From Octopus bimaculoides (lineage: Eukaryota): a stretch of 64,000 nt of DNA. The notes below the pieces were generated by a model. The model made no database searches, was not told the DNA's origin, and saw only the letters and a list, made by a program, of their open reading frames with translations. Numbering within the stretch: the first letter of the stretch is position 1; each line of letters begins with the position of its first letter. A program made the translations under genes and the position numbers. This document shows positions 38,894 to 52,550 of this stretch, piece by piece. The stretch is taken from assembly GCF_001194135.2 (NCBI RefSeq), contig NC_068987.1:13599454-13663453 (forward strand), given 5' to 3'.

Positions 38894-40014
38894 CTAAGTT
38901 TATATACTTTTTAGTCAAACTTTTGTTGTTTATATAAATTTCTCTTTGACCAACAAATGCAACAAACAAACAAAACAAAAAACACAGATCCAATTAGATT
39001 TCATCCATTACCAAAACTATCTCTTAGATGATGTTAGCCTCAGCACTGCCAATAATGCTAATCTTCAGTATTTTAATAAGCACTTCTTTCTGCTGGCATC
39101 ACAAGACGAATTTACACAACAGCCTGTATCTCATTAAATTTACTTCCACATTGTCTTTAAGACCCGAGATTTGACCTCCGTTATAATCCACCCATGTATA
39201 ATATTCCAATGTAAAAGGTGACTACTTCATCACATGACTAATATCTGCAACACCCAATGAATCTTATTTCACTCCCCCATCCTTTCAGATATCAATTCAC
39301 TACACTTTATTCCACCCACTTTGTACCCCCTAGAAGCTGTAATAATGGTAACGACAAACACAAAAGCAAATAAATAAGAAAAGTTATCTAATTTCACCAA
39401 GCCCTCACAGTACACGATACATAGTCTTCATCCGTCATGCTTCACTGCTTGTCTGAGAACATGACACAGCTGAAATCTTTGTCAGTCTTCCAAAGTTCCC
39501 TTACACCTCTTTATGCACCCAGTAATTGCACCCTCGACAAAGAACTGAATTCTTGTGAACATTCCTACATTCTCATCACAATAATTTCCTTTACCATCTT
39601 CTAACTCTGGTACTACTCACTAGGGTGCTGTAAAGGATACCATTTACCCATTTATACTTCGTACTATATTCCTAAGGCTGCCCCTCCTCCCTGACTCACT
39701 CTTATTTCCTTACTTCACTTCCCCTCCCCACAAACCGATGTTCACTGCATCCACCTCAATCTCCATTTCCAATCATTCATCACACTTTCCACACGCTAGT
39801 GCACTTACCTACTCACCCACCTTTTCTGTCCCTCTCTCCCTATTCTCTATCTCATATTCACTTTCTGCCTTGACCTCATCTATCTCTCCCTCATCTCCTC
39901 TTTCCAAAGGAGGACATTATGTATTCACCTCTTCAGTGAGACACCTGATCCAGCCCCTCTACCATACTTTGACATCCTTCAGTACTATACCCCACTCAGT
40001 TGAGTTGAGGTCCT

Positions 40015-40245
40015 GACTTTCATGCGTACATGGTAACTTTACCAGTGTTGTTACCACAAAAAAAAAAGCACCAAGTACACTCTGTAAAGTGGTTAGTGCT
40101 AGAAAGAGTGTCAAGCAGAAGAAACCATGTCCAAGCAGATGTGGGAACTTGGCACAGTCCTCTGATTCATCAGCCTTCTGGCTCACTAGTCCTCAGTCAA
40201 ACCGTCCAACCCATGCCAGCATGGGAAGCGGACGTTAAACGATGA
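40015..40245 (+). mobile_element. Family C copy
   Basis: Ends gcatgggaagcggacgttaaacgatga. Confidence 0.8.
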
Positions 40246-40457
40246 CTTTCGTTACCATACTGCTATCAACATACTCTGCTTTTGTTTCAACTGATTTTGA
40301 ACATAACGAAGACTTCAATAAAATAACTGTCATAATTAAGCTGGTATTTGTAACGTAAATTGACAAGATGCTTGGAAGGTTTCAATTTAGATCACTTTAA
40401 AACCAAAAGTTTGTATTCTGGAATCAAAGGCTCTCAGGCAGGTTGGTATCAAAAGGG
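40246..40457. mobile_element. Second TTAA-CCCT MITE family copy
   Basis: Ends ggtatcaaaaggg-TTAA, and the left end ctttcgttacc is related. The same terminus ttaacccttttgatacca recurs at 13777, with related starts at 1224 and 54147. Confidence 0.5.
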
Positions 40458-40482
40458 TTAAACGACCAACTTATTTTTCATC

Positions 40483-40900
40483 ATCACCATCATCATTTAA
40501 CACTCATCCTCCATGCATGCATGCGTAAGATAGTTCACAGGAACTGGCCAGGTAGAAAACTACCCTATGCTACATTGTCCATTTTGGCAGGGTTTTTATG
40601 GCTGGATGTCATTCCTAACACCAACTACTCTGCAGAGTGGACTGTGATTTTTACATGGCACTAGCACAGGTGAGGTTAGTTTTCACATGATTTTTACAGC
40701 TGGATACCTTCGAAATGCCAACCACTTTACAGTATGGACTGGATGCTTTTTATATGGCACCAGCACTGGCAGGGTTACCAAGTAACTTGCAAGACAAGGA
40801 ATTATGAGAATGGCAGGGGCATTTGAGAAAGGGAACTTGTGTCAGAGGATGACAGGTTAGAGGGTGACAAAGAGACAGAGAGGCAGAAACAGGTGTCTTG
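40483..40900 (-). mobile_element. Family C copy, diverged, inverted relative to 40015-40245
   Basis: Starts catcatcaccatcatcatttaac; internally duplicated ttttacatggcac / ggatg.cttcc.aatgccaacca blocks. Confidence 0.75.
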
Positions 40901-41250
40901 CTATAACTGAATTTGAAACTAATGGGATTTAAAAATTAAAAGGTAATATACAGAACAGAGAAGCTTGGTAACAAGTCTGAGCATGTAACTACTAGACATC
41001 AGACATCCATGTTTATCAAATTTGTAATATATTAAATTTTTTTTAGCTGCACATATTCAGACATTTTACTTTATTTGAACACTTCTGAGTAGTTGTCAGA
41101 AGTTGATATTTCACATATAATGTATTGATATATTAATAGAAAAGTTTAAAACTATTTTATTGATTCCATTCAATCTTTTCTTTGATTTTTACCCAGGAAA
41201 AGAAAGTCACAGAGTAACACACAGATAATATTAAAATTTAAATAAAATCA

Positions 41251-41421
<171 letters not shown>

Positions 41422-43967
41422 CTATTGAAAAAAAAAAAGATAAATATTAGAATTATTTTTATCATTATTATTATTATTACTGATAAATGAATTAGAGGTA
41501 AGTACTATTCAGCTGCAATGNNNNNNNNNNNNNNNNNNNNNNNNNNNNNNNNNNNNNNNNNNNNNNNNNNNNNNNNNNNNNNNNNNNNNNNNNNNNNNNN
41601 NNNNNNNNNNNNNNNNNNNNNNNNNNNNNNNNNNNNNNNNNNNNNNNNNNNNNNNNNNNNNNNNNNNNNNNNNNNNNNNNNNNNNNNNNNNNNNNNNNNN
41701 NNNNNNNNNNNNNNNNNNNNNNNNNNNNNNNNNNNNNNNNNNNNNNNNNNNNNNNNNNNNNNNNNNNNNNNNNNNNNNNNNNNNNNNNNNNNNNNNNNNN
41801 NNNNNNNNNNNNNNNNNNNNNNNNNNNNNNNNNNNNNNNNNNNNNNNNNNNNNNNNNNNNNNNNNNNNNNNNNNNNNNNNNNNNNNNNNNNNNNNNNNNN
41901 NNNNNNNNNNNNNNNNNNNNNNNNNNNNNNNNNNNNNNNNNNNNNNNNNNNNNNNNNNNNNNNNNNNNNNNNNNNNNNNNNNNNNNNNNNNNNNNNNNNN
42001 NNNNNNNNNNNNNNNNNNNNNNNNNNNNNNNNNNNNNNNNNNNNNNNNNNNNNNNNNNNNNNNNNNNNNNNNNNNNNNNNNNNNNNNNNNNNNNNNNNNN
42101 NNNNNNNNNNNNNNNNNNNNNNNNNNNNNNNNNNNNNNNNNNNNNNNNNNNNNNNNNNNNNNNNNNNNNNNNNNNNNNNNNNNNNNNNNNNNNNNNNNNN
42201 NNNNNNNNNNNNNNNNNNNNNNNNNNNNNNNNNNNNNNNNNNNGGGGGGGGTGCATTCAACTAAAAATTCTTCGTCTAGTGACTAAAAACTCTTCATGGC
42301 CACAATTTGATGACTGAAACAAGTTCACGATAAAAAGTAAAAGATGGTTACGGAGAACCAAAACAGTCTTTCTTCAGTTATCAACTCTCACTATTGTTTC
42401 CATCACACCACATGAAAATATAGGTTGCATGTTTGTGAACAATGTTCATTAACTCAATGATTCAACCAAGTTTTAGCAAATTCTGAAGAGATTTCTATGA
42501 CTGTTATAAACATTTATATTACATTGCTAATTGTTTTTCTTTGGAGACTTGGTTTTAAACAAATGAAATCAGTTAAAATAACTACAAAACCTATCAAATC
42601 TCATTCCGTGACTTTCGGAGTAATATTCCAATACCTTATATAGACTATCTACCAACAACAACAATTTTTTTTTTTTTCTATTCTTCCCAACAAAAGCACT
42701 GAAACATCTAGTCATAGACATAATATTTAATCACTTATTTTAGAATTTAATCACAAAGTAAATTAATTCCTAATCAATCAGTAATTTCCTCTTTGACAGA
42801 TTAAATCTTTTATTCCTTGAAAGGAATGTGAGAGCTGATCTTACGCACAAGCATTAAAACCTGAATTAATACTGCTCTCTAAAACACCTTTACAATTAAC
42901 CTGCATTAATTAGTTAACATATTAGAAACTGATAATATGGGTTATGAAACGGACTTTTCTTTTTTAATTGAACAAAAGGATTATTGTCGTAATTCACATA
43001 AAACAAAATGAAGGGCTCTCATAACAAAAAAATAAATTACATAAAAGAATAGTGAGAAAAAGGTTAATTAAAGTACAATTGGTTTTTCTCTATTACAAAT
43101 CTAATCCATTAATTATAACCACTAAAGTAAATATTATTAATGCAATTACTTTACTGTTGACAAATTTTCTCAGCAAAACTTGAGAGCACACCTATTTACC
43201 AGATAAACTGCTGTTCAGATAATTAAATGCTACATGTTTTATAAGAACTTAGAACAATTGACTGTTATAAGGAAATGCTAGCTTCTTACCATTATTTGAG
43301 TAAAGAATAACATGCAAGTCTATAATGGAAGCAGTAGCTAATTTATCATATCTAGTGACCCTGTCTTCACTAAGGTACTTCAGTCAACTTTGCTTTTTAT
43401 CCTCCTGAGGTACTAGTCCATGGATTGGTACGACAATGAGAAAGTCAGACTAAATGGCTTATGATATTTATTCTGGCTCTTTGCATTCTGAGTTCAAATC
43501 CCACCATGGCTTATTTGGATAGTAGGCTTAATCAATAATCTGATTCAATGTCACCACTTGGTATTTTGGGTAGTTAGTGTATCTTGGGTACAAGAATTCA
43601 GGTCAAGCCTCTGGTTTGAGGATAACTTACCCGCCCTGCCCCCTCACACACCCATGAGATTTGAAGATCTATAATGGGTCATGGGCTGTGCTTTGCCTCC
43701 TCGCTAAAGGTCAAAACTCAGACAACTGTAGTCTTAGTTGTAGAAAACAAACTTGACATACTGTTGTTTAGACATGGGTCAATTTCAATCAAGTTAATAT
43801 AAAAGGTTTATGGGGCATATGTCATACCAGCCAGATTAAATCTGCTCGTACAGATTAATCCCATTTCCCCATAAAGAATAAAATTTACACTCATTTTTAT
43901 AGCATTACACACACATATATCTTTTACTTGTTTCAATCATTAGAATGAGGCCATGCTGGGAAATAAG

Positions 43968-44020
<53 letters not shown>

Positions 44021-47008
44021 TATCAAACAGTGACAATGGGTACTCAACACTGCATTGGTGGATAAATACTCCTTACTTGTGGCTTAACAAAGCTACCATT
44101 GGTTTCAAGCCGAGAGAAATCTCAGCAATTATCAAGCCTGCTACATGGGACATGTATACATATATAAACATATGTGTTTGTGCGTATTTGTGGACACATT
44201 CATTTACACAAAGCAAATGACTCAAAGTTTTTGCTATACAAGAAAACTAAAGGGTGACAACGTAATAATTTTCCTTGAATGAATAAATTCCACTGAGCAC
44301 TCTTTTTCTTTTGCCCATATAAATAGTGTGTGTGTGTTCAGGCTCTCATATATTCAAGTACTGAAACATTTTTTTTTTTTTTTAATGGAGAATATTGATG
44401 CTCTGGTGAGAGATGAAAATTTAAGCTGAGTCACCTCCATGCAAAAAGGCTGATTACTAAGGATAGAGAACTTTGGCTTCTAGTAAGTTAACTGTATTTT
44501 AAATAGTATATCTATTAAAGGGGCACTCCTTGTTTTCAGTAAAAAAAAAAAGTTTGAATACGTCTATTATAACCAGTGCAATATAAATAAGATCTTGAAA
44601 ATGCTTGCCAAGGCAAAAATAAGTTGGCATAAGTAGAAAACTGGATAACGTCTGAAACAAGATCTTGCTCTTTAATTTCACTCAATGTATAATGTACATA
44701 CATATATACAGATAATCTAGCAGCCTTTGTAGATGGTAAGCTGCAAAGCAATCATTATATAAAGTTACATTACTCAAGAACATTCTTTCATAAACATTTC
44801 TACAACTACTACTACTACTACTACTACTTTTTCTTCAATACAATTTGATTTCCAAATATGTAACCAAATAGTTGTAGGAATACAATAAGTTTATTTACTC
44901 TTTTTTTTCTTTTTCAGAGATTCATTTGTAACTCATTAAAATCTTTATCGATTCACATTAATATTTCTTTTGATAACAATGAAATAAAAATTTTAAAAAA
45001 ATAAAAAGAATGAATGTTATAGTTTTCCATTTCCNNNNNNNNNNNNNNNNNNNNNNNNNNNNNNNNNNNNNNNNNNNNNNNNNNNNNNNNNNNNNNNNNN
45101 NNNNNNNNNNNNNNNNNNNNNNNNNNNNNNNNNNNNNNNNNNNNNNNNNNNNNNNNNNNNNNNNNNNNNNNNNNNNNNNNNNNNNNNNNNNNNNNNNNNN
45201 NNNNNNNNNNNNNNNNNNNNNNNNNNNNNNNNNNNNNNCACACAAACAAAAAATGAAATGGATCTCAGTCAGAATTTCAAACAATGAGGTTTCAGTTATT
45301 TGATGACCAGAGCCACCTACTCATTGAATTAGTTATATAAGCGGGTGAGTATTGCAGAAGCTACCAAGCTATACTCACTCACAGCAGGCTAGATCGAGAC
45401 CTAGACAGTTTCTTTAGCAGATTCAAGTAGCCAGGTTGAAGATTGAAACTTTCACAAGGCTACATGATTCATTAATATTTTAATCATTTCAGATAACAAA
45501 AGATATTTATGAAGATAATTTCTTTATTGATAGTTAATGGCTTTTAGATCAGTGCCAGAGATTATAACATTGAAAATATTGTGAAGTTATTACACTGCTA
45601 ACACCCCCGAGAAAGGATAAACATCGTGGTCTCATTCTCCCTCCCTTTATAAATCCAAAGTCTCCTATGGAAAAAGAAAAAAAAAAAAATCAATAACTCA
45701 GTAGTTATGAAGTAACTTAGAAATTCAATTGATAAATAACAGAGCTTGCTAATGTTGAACATCAGTTTATTAATTTTATTTTAAATCAATTTATTAAAAC
45801 TCAAATGGTTGTTTTTGAATATTACAGAAAACTAACAACAGTCATGGAAAAATACAGAAAAGAACTTATTTAACCAGATTTGATAATAGCCCATTACTAA
45901 TTTTACAAGAGCTTCCTCTGCTTTCAACAGGTCATTCACACCCACTTAGTTTCAAGAAACAATGTTCTANNNNNNNNNNACAGAGAAAGCAACAAATATA
46001 AAAAAATTAAATAAAATAGCCAGAACTCAGAATTATGTTGAAATCAGAATTTCAATAAAAATGTTCCAAGTTAATATTGATAGGATTCACATAGCAAAAG
46101 AGGCGTCTAAAATTTCCTTGTCGTCTTCAGTTTCAGGCCAGCTGTTAGATTTGCAATGATTTTAGCTGGCTTTCATCTTTAAAGAATTCAATGCACCACT
46201 GATGTCTTTCATCGCATTTGTTATCGTATTCTGCACACACACACACACACACACTTTTCGGATGTACTTCACAATAATATTTCTCTAAATAGTAATTCAT
46301 AAAGTACCAGATCAAAGAGAATGTTTTATTCAACCAAAAGCATTGTTCTAACCCCCAAAAGGGCTTTAAATCTTCAAACAACAAAACTTCCCAACAACTA
46401 GGTGTAACATAATCAACATTATTTCAACTATCTGAAAAAAAGGAACCAGGAGATAATTACAATAGGCAGTTTGACAAGTGTGAACGTCTCCTAAAGTAGT
46501 AACAGCAACAAATCTGAAAGCTTTTCCAGTGGAATTTGTCAACATTTGATTGGTTCGACTTTCATATGAAATTTTGATCATTTAAAAGATGACATGACTA
46601 ACAACCATTAATTGCTAATTCCTATCTAGGAATAATAATGAAAAATAAGCCATGGCGATGTCCACAAAAACATGACAGGACAAGTTAATCATGTGAATGG
46701 AAAATAAGAATTAAATTCGGGAAACAGCAAAAGAAAAAAAAAATACCAAAATAAAACACCAGAAATGAAAATGTATATAATCTTTACTATTGAAACCTGT
46801 TGTTCCCTTCCACCTCCTCTCTGCCTCTCCTCATCACCTCTGGTGAAGTTAATGTCATCATCATCAATGTCTTTATTATCATCCTTATTAATTGCTCTAT
46901 ATTTGTTTTTTGTTTTTTTTTCTCATTGTATAACCCCCCAATTCAGTCCTAATTGAATAGTCCTCAAATCAAAAGAGTTCCAACCATGACCATCCCTATA
47001 TCTTTTAC

Positions 47009-47154
47009 CAGGGATGTGGAGTCGGAAACGATTAAGGAGTAGCTGGAGTCAGAGTCGGTAAAATAGACCACAATCACTTAATTACATAGAGAAGTTGGAG
47101 GTACCAATAGTAGAAGAGTCAGAATCAAAGTTTTGTTTCAACGCTACAGCCCTG
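47009..47154. mobile_element. 146-bp hAT-type MITE
   Basis: Termini cagggatgt.../...acagccctg, internal ggagtc repeats, 8-bp target-site duplication tcttttac / tcttttag (7/8). Confidence 0.75.
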
Positions 47155-47162
47155 TCTTTTAG

Positions 47163-47220
<58 letters not shown>

Positions 47221-47230
47221 GCATGGATAT

Positions 47231-47391
47231 AGGCACAGACATGACTGTGTGGTTAAGAAGCTTGTTTCCCAAACATGTGATCTTGGGTTCAGTCCTACTA
47301 CATGACACCTTGAGCATGTGTCTTCTCTTATAGCACTGGGCCAACTAAAGCCTTGCAAGTGGATTTGGCAGACAGAAACTGCAAGAAGCCC

Positions 47392-47458
<67 letters not shown>

Positions 47459-47705
47459 ATGCGCACATGTATGTGTCCTTGTCTACACATCGCATGATGG
47501 ATATAAATGAACATCATCATCATACAAGTGAGACTGTTCATTTCCAGTCTTCTGTGAAACACATCTACCTATGGGAAAATATTAACTTGCTTGGAAACAG
47601 GTGAGGATTGACAACAGAAAGGACATCCAACCATAGGAAATTTAATCTCAACAAATTTCATCCGATCCAAGCAAACACGGAATAGTCAACGTTACATATT
47701 GATGA
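47231..47705 (+). mobile_element. Chimeric SINE: family A head/CORE, (TG)n, then family C-like 3' tail
   Basis: Head ggttcagtcctact and gcaccttgagc-like CORE, ending ggaaacaggtgaggattgacaacagaaaggacatccaaccataggaa...gacgtta-like tail. Confidence 0.65.
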
Positions 47706-47750
47706 GGAGAGCTACACTGCCCAATGTGTACTTCCATTCTAAGAGATATA

Positions 47751-48129
47751 CTCTTTTACTCTTACTTGTTTCAGTCATTTGACTGCAGCCATGCTGGAGC
47801 ACTGCCTTTAGTCGAGCAAATTGACCCCAGGACTTAATCTTTGTAAGCCTAGTACTTATTCTATCGGTCTATTTTGCCGAACTGCTAAGTTACAGGGATG
47901 TAAACACACCAGCATCGGTTGTCAAGCGATGTTGGGGGGACATATACACACACATACATACATATCGACAAGCTTCTTTCAGTTTCCATCTACCAAATCC
48001 ACTCACAAGGCTTTGGTTGGCCCGAGGCTATAGTAGAAGACATTTGCCCAAGGTGCCACGCAGTGGGACTGAACCCAGAACCATGTGGTTGATAAGCAAG
48101 CTACTTACCACACAACCACTCCTACGCCT
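47751..48129 (-). mobile_element. SINE family A, young full-length copy
   Basis: Near-identical to 20341-20730. Confidence 0.9.
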
Positions 48130-49201
48130 ATATGGTTACTATTTCTCGATAGACATCACTCCTATGTTTTGTATTAAGGAAGAATCCTTTTATCAAATCA
48201 TAAGAAATTTTCTAAATATATAACATTCTCAAACTCTTCACATTTCCACATCTATTATCGAAGTTAAACAATTTTTTCTCTCCTTTCAGTGAAAATTAAA
48301 TGTTTTGTCATTTCAAAAGAAAAATATCAGATTTTCAAAATTAATAACTTTACTAAGAAATATTCATTTGAACAAATTGTATCATTCCTAAGGTTGTAAA
48401 TGTTCTAATCATAAAAGAATTCTTTTCTTTTAATGTAACCATCTGTTTTCTTTCTTTCTTTCTTTCTTTTTTTTTTTGTTTTTGCTTTATCACATAAGTA
48501 TTTTTTCTAGTATTTTTTTAATTTTTTTTTTTACAAAAACCATTCAGAAGTGTCTTAATTGCAGCTCTGTCTAATTCATGTCATCATTAAAAAAAACACA
48601 GGTTAAAAGAGTGAAAAGTATTTGAATTAGAGACAGCATAACTATTCTCAGTAGATTTAGTTTCTTTCCGATTAATTTTCAACTACAAAAATTTAAAGAC
48701 AGGTAAAAGATTGTACATGAGGTAGCATGAGCAATAATTTTGAATAAAAACATATAGACAGTAGAGGAAACTCTTTAGTTCTAGTAGCTTTCTATTTCTG
48801 GTGATATGATAAAATGCACCCTGTCCATGATAGAAAGTGGTTTGCAAATCCATCCATCCATCACCTCTCTCTCTCTCTAGAAATTAAAACAATAACAGAG
48901 ATAGGTGATTTTTTTGTGCGTATCAAATGATGAAGCAGCATGATGTTGTGCCAAGATAGACTTGTCCAAACTATAACAGCGGAGGAGAGAGAAGACAAAA
49001 GTTAAAACAATGATGATGACTGGATTAGCATTTGACACAAGTTTTATTCTCTTTCAAATGATTAACTTCAACACAATCTAGATATTAATACCAGTTTCCG
49101 GTGTACTGAACCAATGCTCCTTTTTATTTTTGTTTTCTTTCTCCTGTCTTTTACTATTACCACTTCAACTAACACATCATAATTTCCACTTCCATTGCTC
49201 C

Positions 49202-49233
<32 letters not shown>

Positions 49234-49410
49234 TGTCTGTCACTCACCATCATTTTTAGTATCACTATAACTATAAACAACCACAGTTCTCAGTTTTTAC
49301 TATCAAAAACCCATGGAAATTCCATGGATTTTGCTGGTCATTCATTACAATAAAAAGCTAGGTTGAGAATATTGGATCCTTATATATATATATATACATA
49401 TATATATATA

Positions 49411-49800
49411 CTTTTATTCTTTTGCTTGTTTCAGTCATTTGACTGCAGCCATGCTGAAGAACCACCTTTAGTTGAACAAATCGACCTCAGGACTTATTCT
49501 TTGTAAGTCTTGTATTTATTCTATTGGTCTCTTTTGCAGAACCGTTAAGTTATGGGGATGTAAACACACCAACATCGATTGTCAAGCAATATTAGGAGAA
49601 CAAACACAAACACACAAATACATATATGTGTGTGTGCGTATACAACAGGCTTCTTTCAGTTTCCATCTACCAAATCCACTAACAAAGAATTGATCAGCCC
49701 GAGGCTATGGCAGAAGACACTTGCCCAAGGTGCCACACAGTGGGACTGAACCTGGAACCATGTAGTTGGGAAGCAAGCTTCTTACCACACAGCCACTCCT
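49411..49800 (-). mobile_element. SINE family A, full length
   Basis: All modules present. Confidence 0.9.
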
Positions 49801-50044
49801 GTGTATATACATATACAGGAGTGTATNNNNNNNNNNNNNNNNNNNNNNNNNNNNNNNNNNNNNNNNNNNNNNNNNNNNNNNNNNNNNNNNNNNNNNNNNN
49901 NNNNNNNNNNNNNNNNNNNNNNNNNNNNNNNNNNNNNNNNNNNNNNNNNNNNNNNNNNNNNNNNNNNNNNNNNNNNNNNNNNNNNNNNNNNNNNNNNNNN
50001 NNNNNNNNNNNNNNNNNCAGATATATTTACCAACATTACATGAA

Positions 50045-50846
50045 AATATCTTCAAATACTAAAGAGTACATTTATTCAATTAAATTGCCATTGGCTTCAA
50101 CCATGGCCTCCAGACGACTTTAGAATCTCCTGCAACTCTTCTGGACAGGCTCCTTGTTTAAGTTAGTGAACGCTGCCATAATCCTTGCCTTCAGTTCATC
50201 TTTGGTGTTATAAGGAGTTTTGTTGGTCTCTCACTCAACTGCACCCCACACATAATAATCAAGGGGGTTNNNNNNNNNNCTCAACTGCACCCCACACATA
50301 ATAATCAAGGGGGTTGCAGTCTGGGGAGTTAGGTGGCCAGATGTTAGGGGTGATGTGGTCGCAGAAATTGTCTGAAATGAAAGCCATGACTGGGTTCTCC
50401 TGCTAGGTGCAGAGTTCTGTTGCCAGACATAGGGTCTTCTAGCAACCACCCTCTTCACCCAGGGCAGCACTACCTCCTCCAGGTATTTGATGCAGGCCTG
50501 TGTGCAGAGTCAGAGGCTGTGTGGGGAAAATGAATGGAGGCATAACGTCACCATCCTGAGTGATCATTCCAAACACCATGATGTTGACTGGATGTTTGAT
50601 TTTATCACTCTCAGTATGTCCTCAGATTGACACCCAAATACTCTGAAATGTTTGTATAGGAGCTTCCAGTGTGAATACCAAGCAGTACAGCATGTTGTTT
50701 CTAAATTTTTGGCAGAATGAGTTACGTCATGGTGCTGTTTTTCTCACAGACAGTGCCCAACTGACCCTATTATATCTTGTGGTCGATAAAATCAAAAGCA
50801 AACAATGCACATGCATGAAATTAGAAATATTTACCCATCACACCCC
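50045..50846 (-). mobile_element. Internally deleted Tc1/mariner-superfamily element, maT (DD37D)-like
   Basis: N-terminal HTH (HAVLLGIHTGSSYTNISEYLGVNLRT) is joined directly to KHPVNIMVFG...WQQNSAP...WPPNSPDCNPLDYYVWGAVE. The SPDxNPLDY motif is typical of maT. Frameshifts present. Confidence 0.8.
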
Positions 50847-50879
<33 letters not shown>

Positions 50880-52404
50880 GGGCATTACTTTTACACTTAA
50901 GTTTTGTGAAAGTTATCAAAAATCAACATAATCTTCAATGTTCAAAGGTTGTCTTAGATTAATGACAGAAAGTACCTGTGGGATGAAGTGGTTTCCTCAG
51001 ACATAGTCTTAGGTACAAAGTGATGCAAGGTTAAGATTCACAGAAAGATGTGGTACCGCAGACGCATTTAACATGTAACCAGCATCAAAATCCAGGATAA
51101 AGCCATTTGATGAAAATTGATGATGATGATAATGAATGGTAACAGTGACAACAGACAACAATGTCCTCATTAAATAGAAAATTAAACTTGAAAGTGTACA
51201 CAATGTTTTGCAGAATGATTACAGGAAATCTAATTTAATATGAGTGGAAAACATATGTACAATGTCTGAAGACAAATATAATTTCCACCACCACCGCCCT
51301 CACTAGTACTAGTCACAGCAATCTCCACCAAAGACAAAAATCCTTAACATAAAACCCTTTCTCATTCCTAGGTAACAGTAATTGTGAGAAGACTAAGGAG
51401 GATTTCTGGGGGGTTATTGATACACACAATTAACAAACCTGCAGACATTGTGGCAACTAATAGCTTCCTATTTCAAATCTTCCGTGTTCTATTTTTAAAC
51501 CCCAATGTACATCGAGTGAAAGTAAATGATATCATAAGGGTGGGGCGGGTATAGAGGAAAAGCCATCAAAATTTTACATGTGATGTTGTTGGTGAATGCT
51601 TCATTGAAACTCCATGATCAAAGAATGGAAACAGGAAATATGAGATAAAATACAACTGAGTTGTTGTCGTATGAAACATCTAAGAGAATTCAGAACGACT
51701 AATATCCTGTAATAAAAATAATAAGTGTATACCCAACCTCCAAAGATAAAAATTATCACAACTGCTGCCATGCTCTCGTGATTCCCTAGTGTTGAAAAGA
51801 ATATCTATAAACTAATTTGAATATGAAGAGGCTTGAGATAAATTTCTTTCTAAAGTAAATATAAAGGAATTGTGAAATATTGATATTATATCAACAGCCT
51901 TTAATTTTCTTTCATCAATAAGATTCAAGAAAATTATGGAGCAATAAATATTTAAAAATAAAAAGAAAAAAGATACAGTAAAACATTTAAATATGAAGGT
52001 GAAAATAAAAATTCATTTTCCTCTTCATATGCAATGGAGAAATGAGAAAAGCTCAGATATAGGCATGCTGGTAATAAATACCTGCAGCATTTCATCTTAT
52101 CCCCTTTCATAAAACAACCATACTAACATTTTATAAATGAACCACCTTTTTACCCTCAATGGGGTTAGCCAGTTACTATCCTATACTTTCTTACCATCAA
52201 GCTGACAATAAACAGCTCATTCCCCAGTTTTGCTTTTGTTCTTTTTTGTTGGTTCTTTTATTTTTCCCCTTATTTTTTTTTTCCCCCCTTCCATCTTTGT
52301 TGACCATTTAAAATGTTCTGAAGCAGAACATATTTCTGATACACAAGCACACAAACTGTGTACTTTTTTTAAAAAAGAAAAACTCTTTCTTGCAATTACT
52401 AATC

Positions 52405-52550
52405 AAGCACAGGCATGACTATGAGGTTAAGAAGCTTGCTTTGCAACCACGCGGTTCCAAGTTCAGTCCCACTGTGCAGTACCTTGGGCAAATGTCTTCT
52501 TTAGCCTCAGGCTGACCAATGCCTTGTGAGTGAATGTGGTAGACAGAAAT
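52405..52550 (+). mobile_element. SINE family A 5' part
   Basis: agttcagtcccactgtgcagtaccttgggcaaatgtcttc. Confidence 0.8.

Noticed and set aside
39803-39811. Perfect TAG|gtaagt donor on the minus strand
   Set aside because: Lies in a low-complexity purine-rich leader next to a family C repeat, with no acceptor or open frame.
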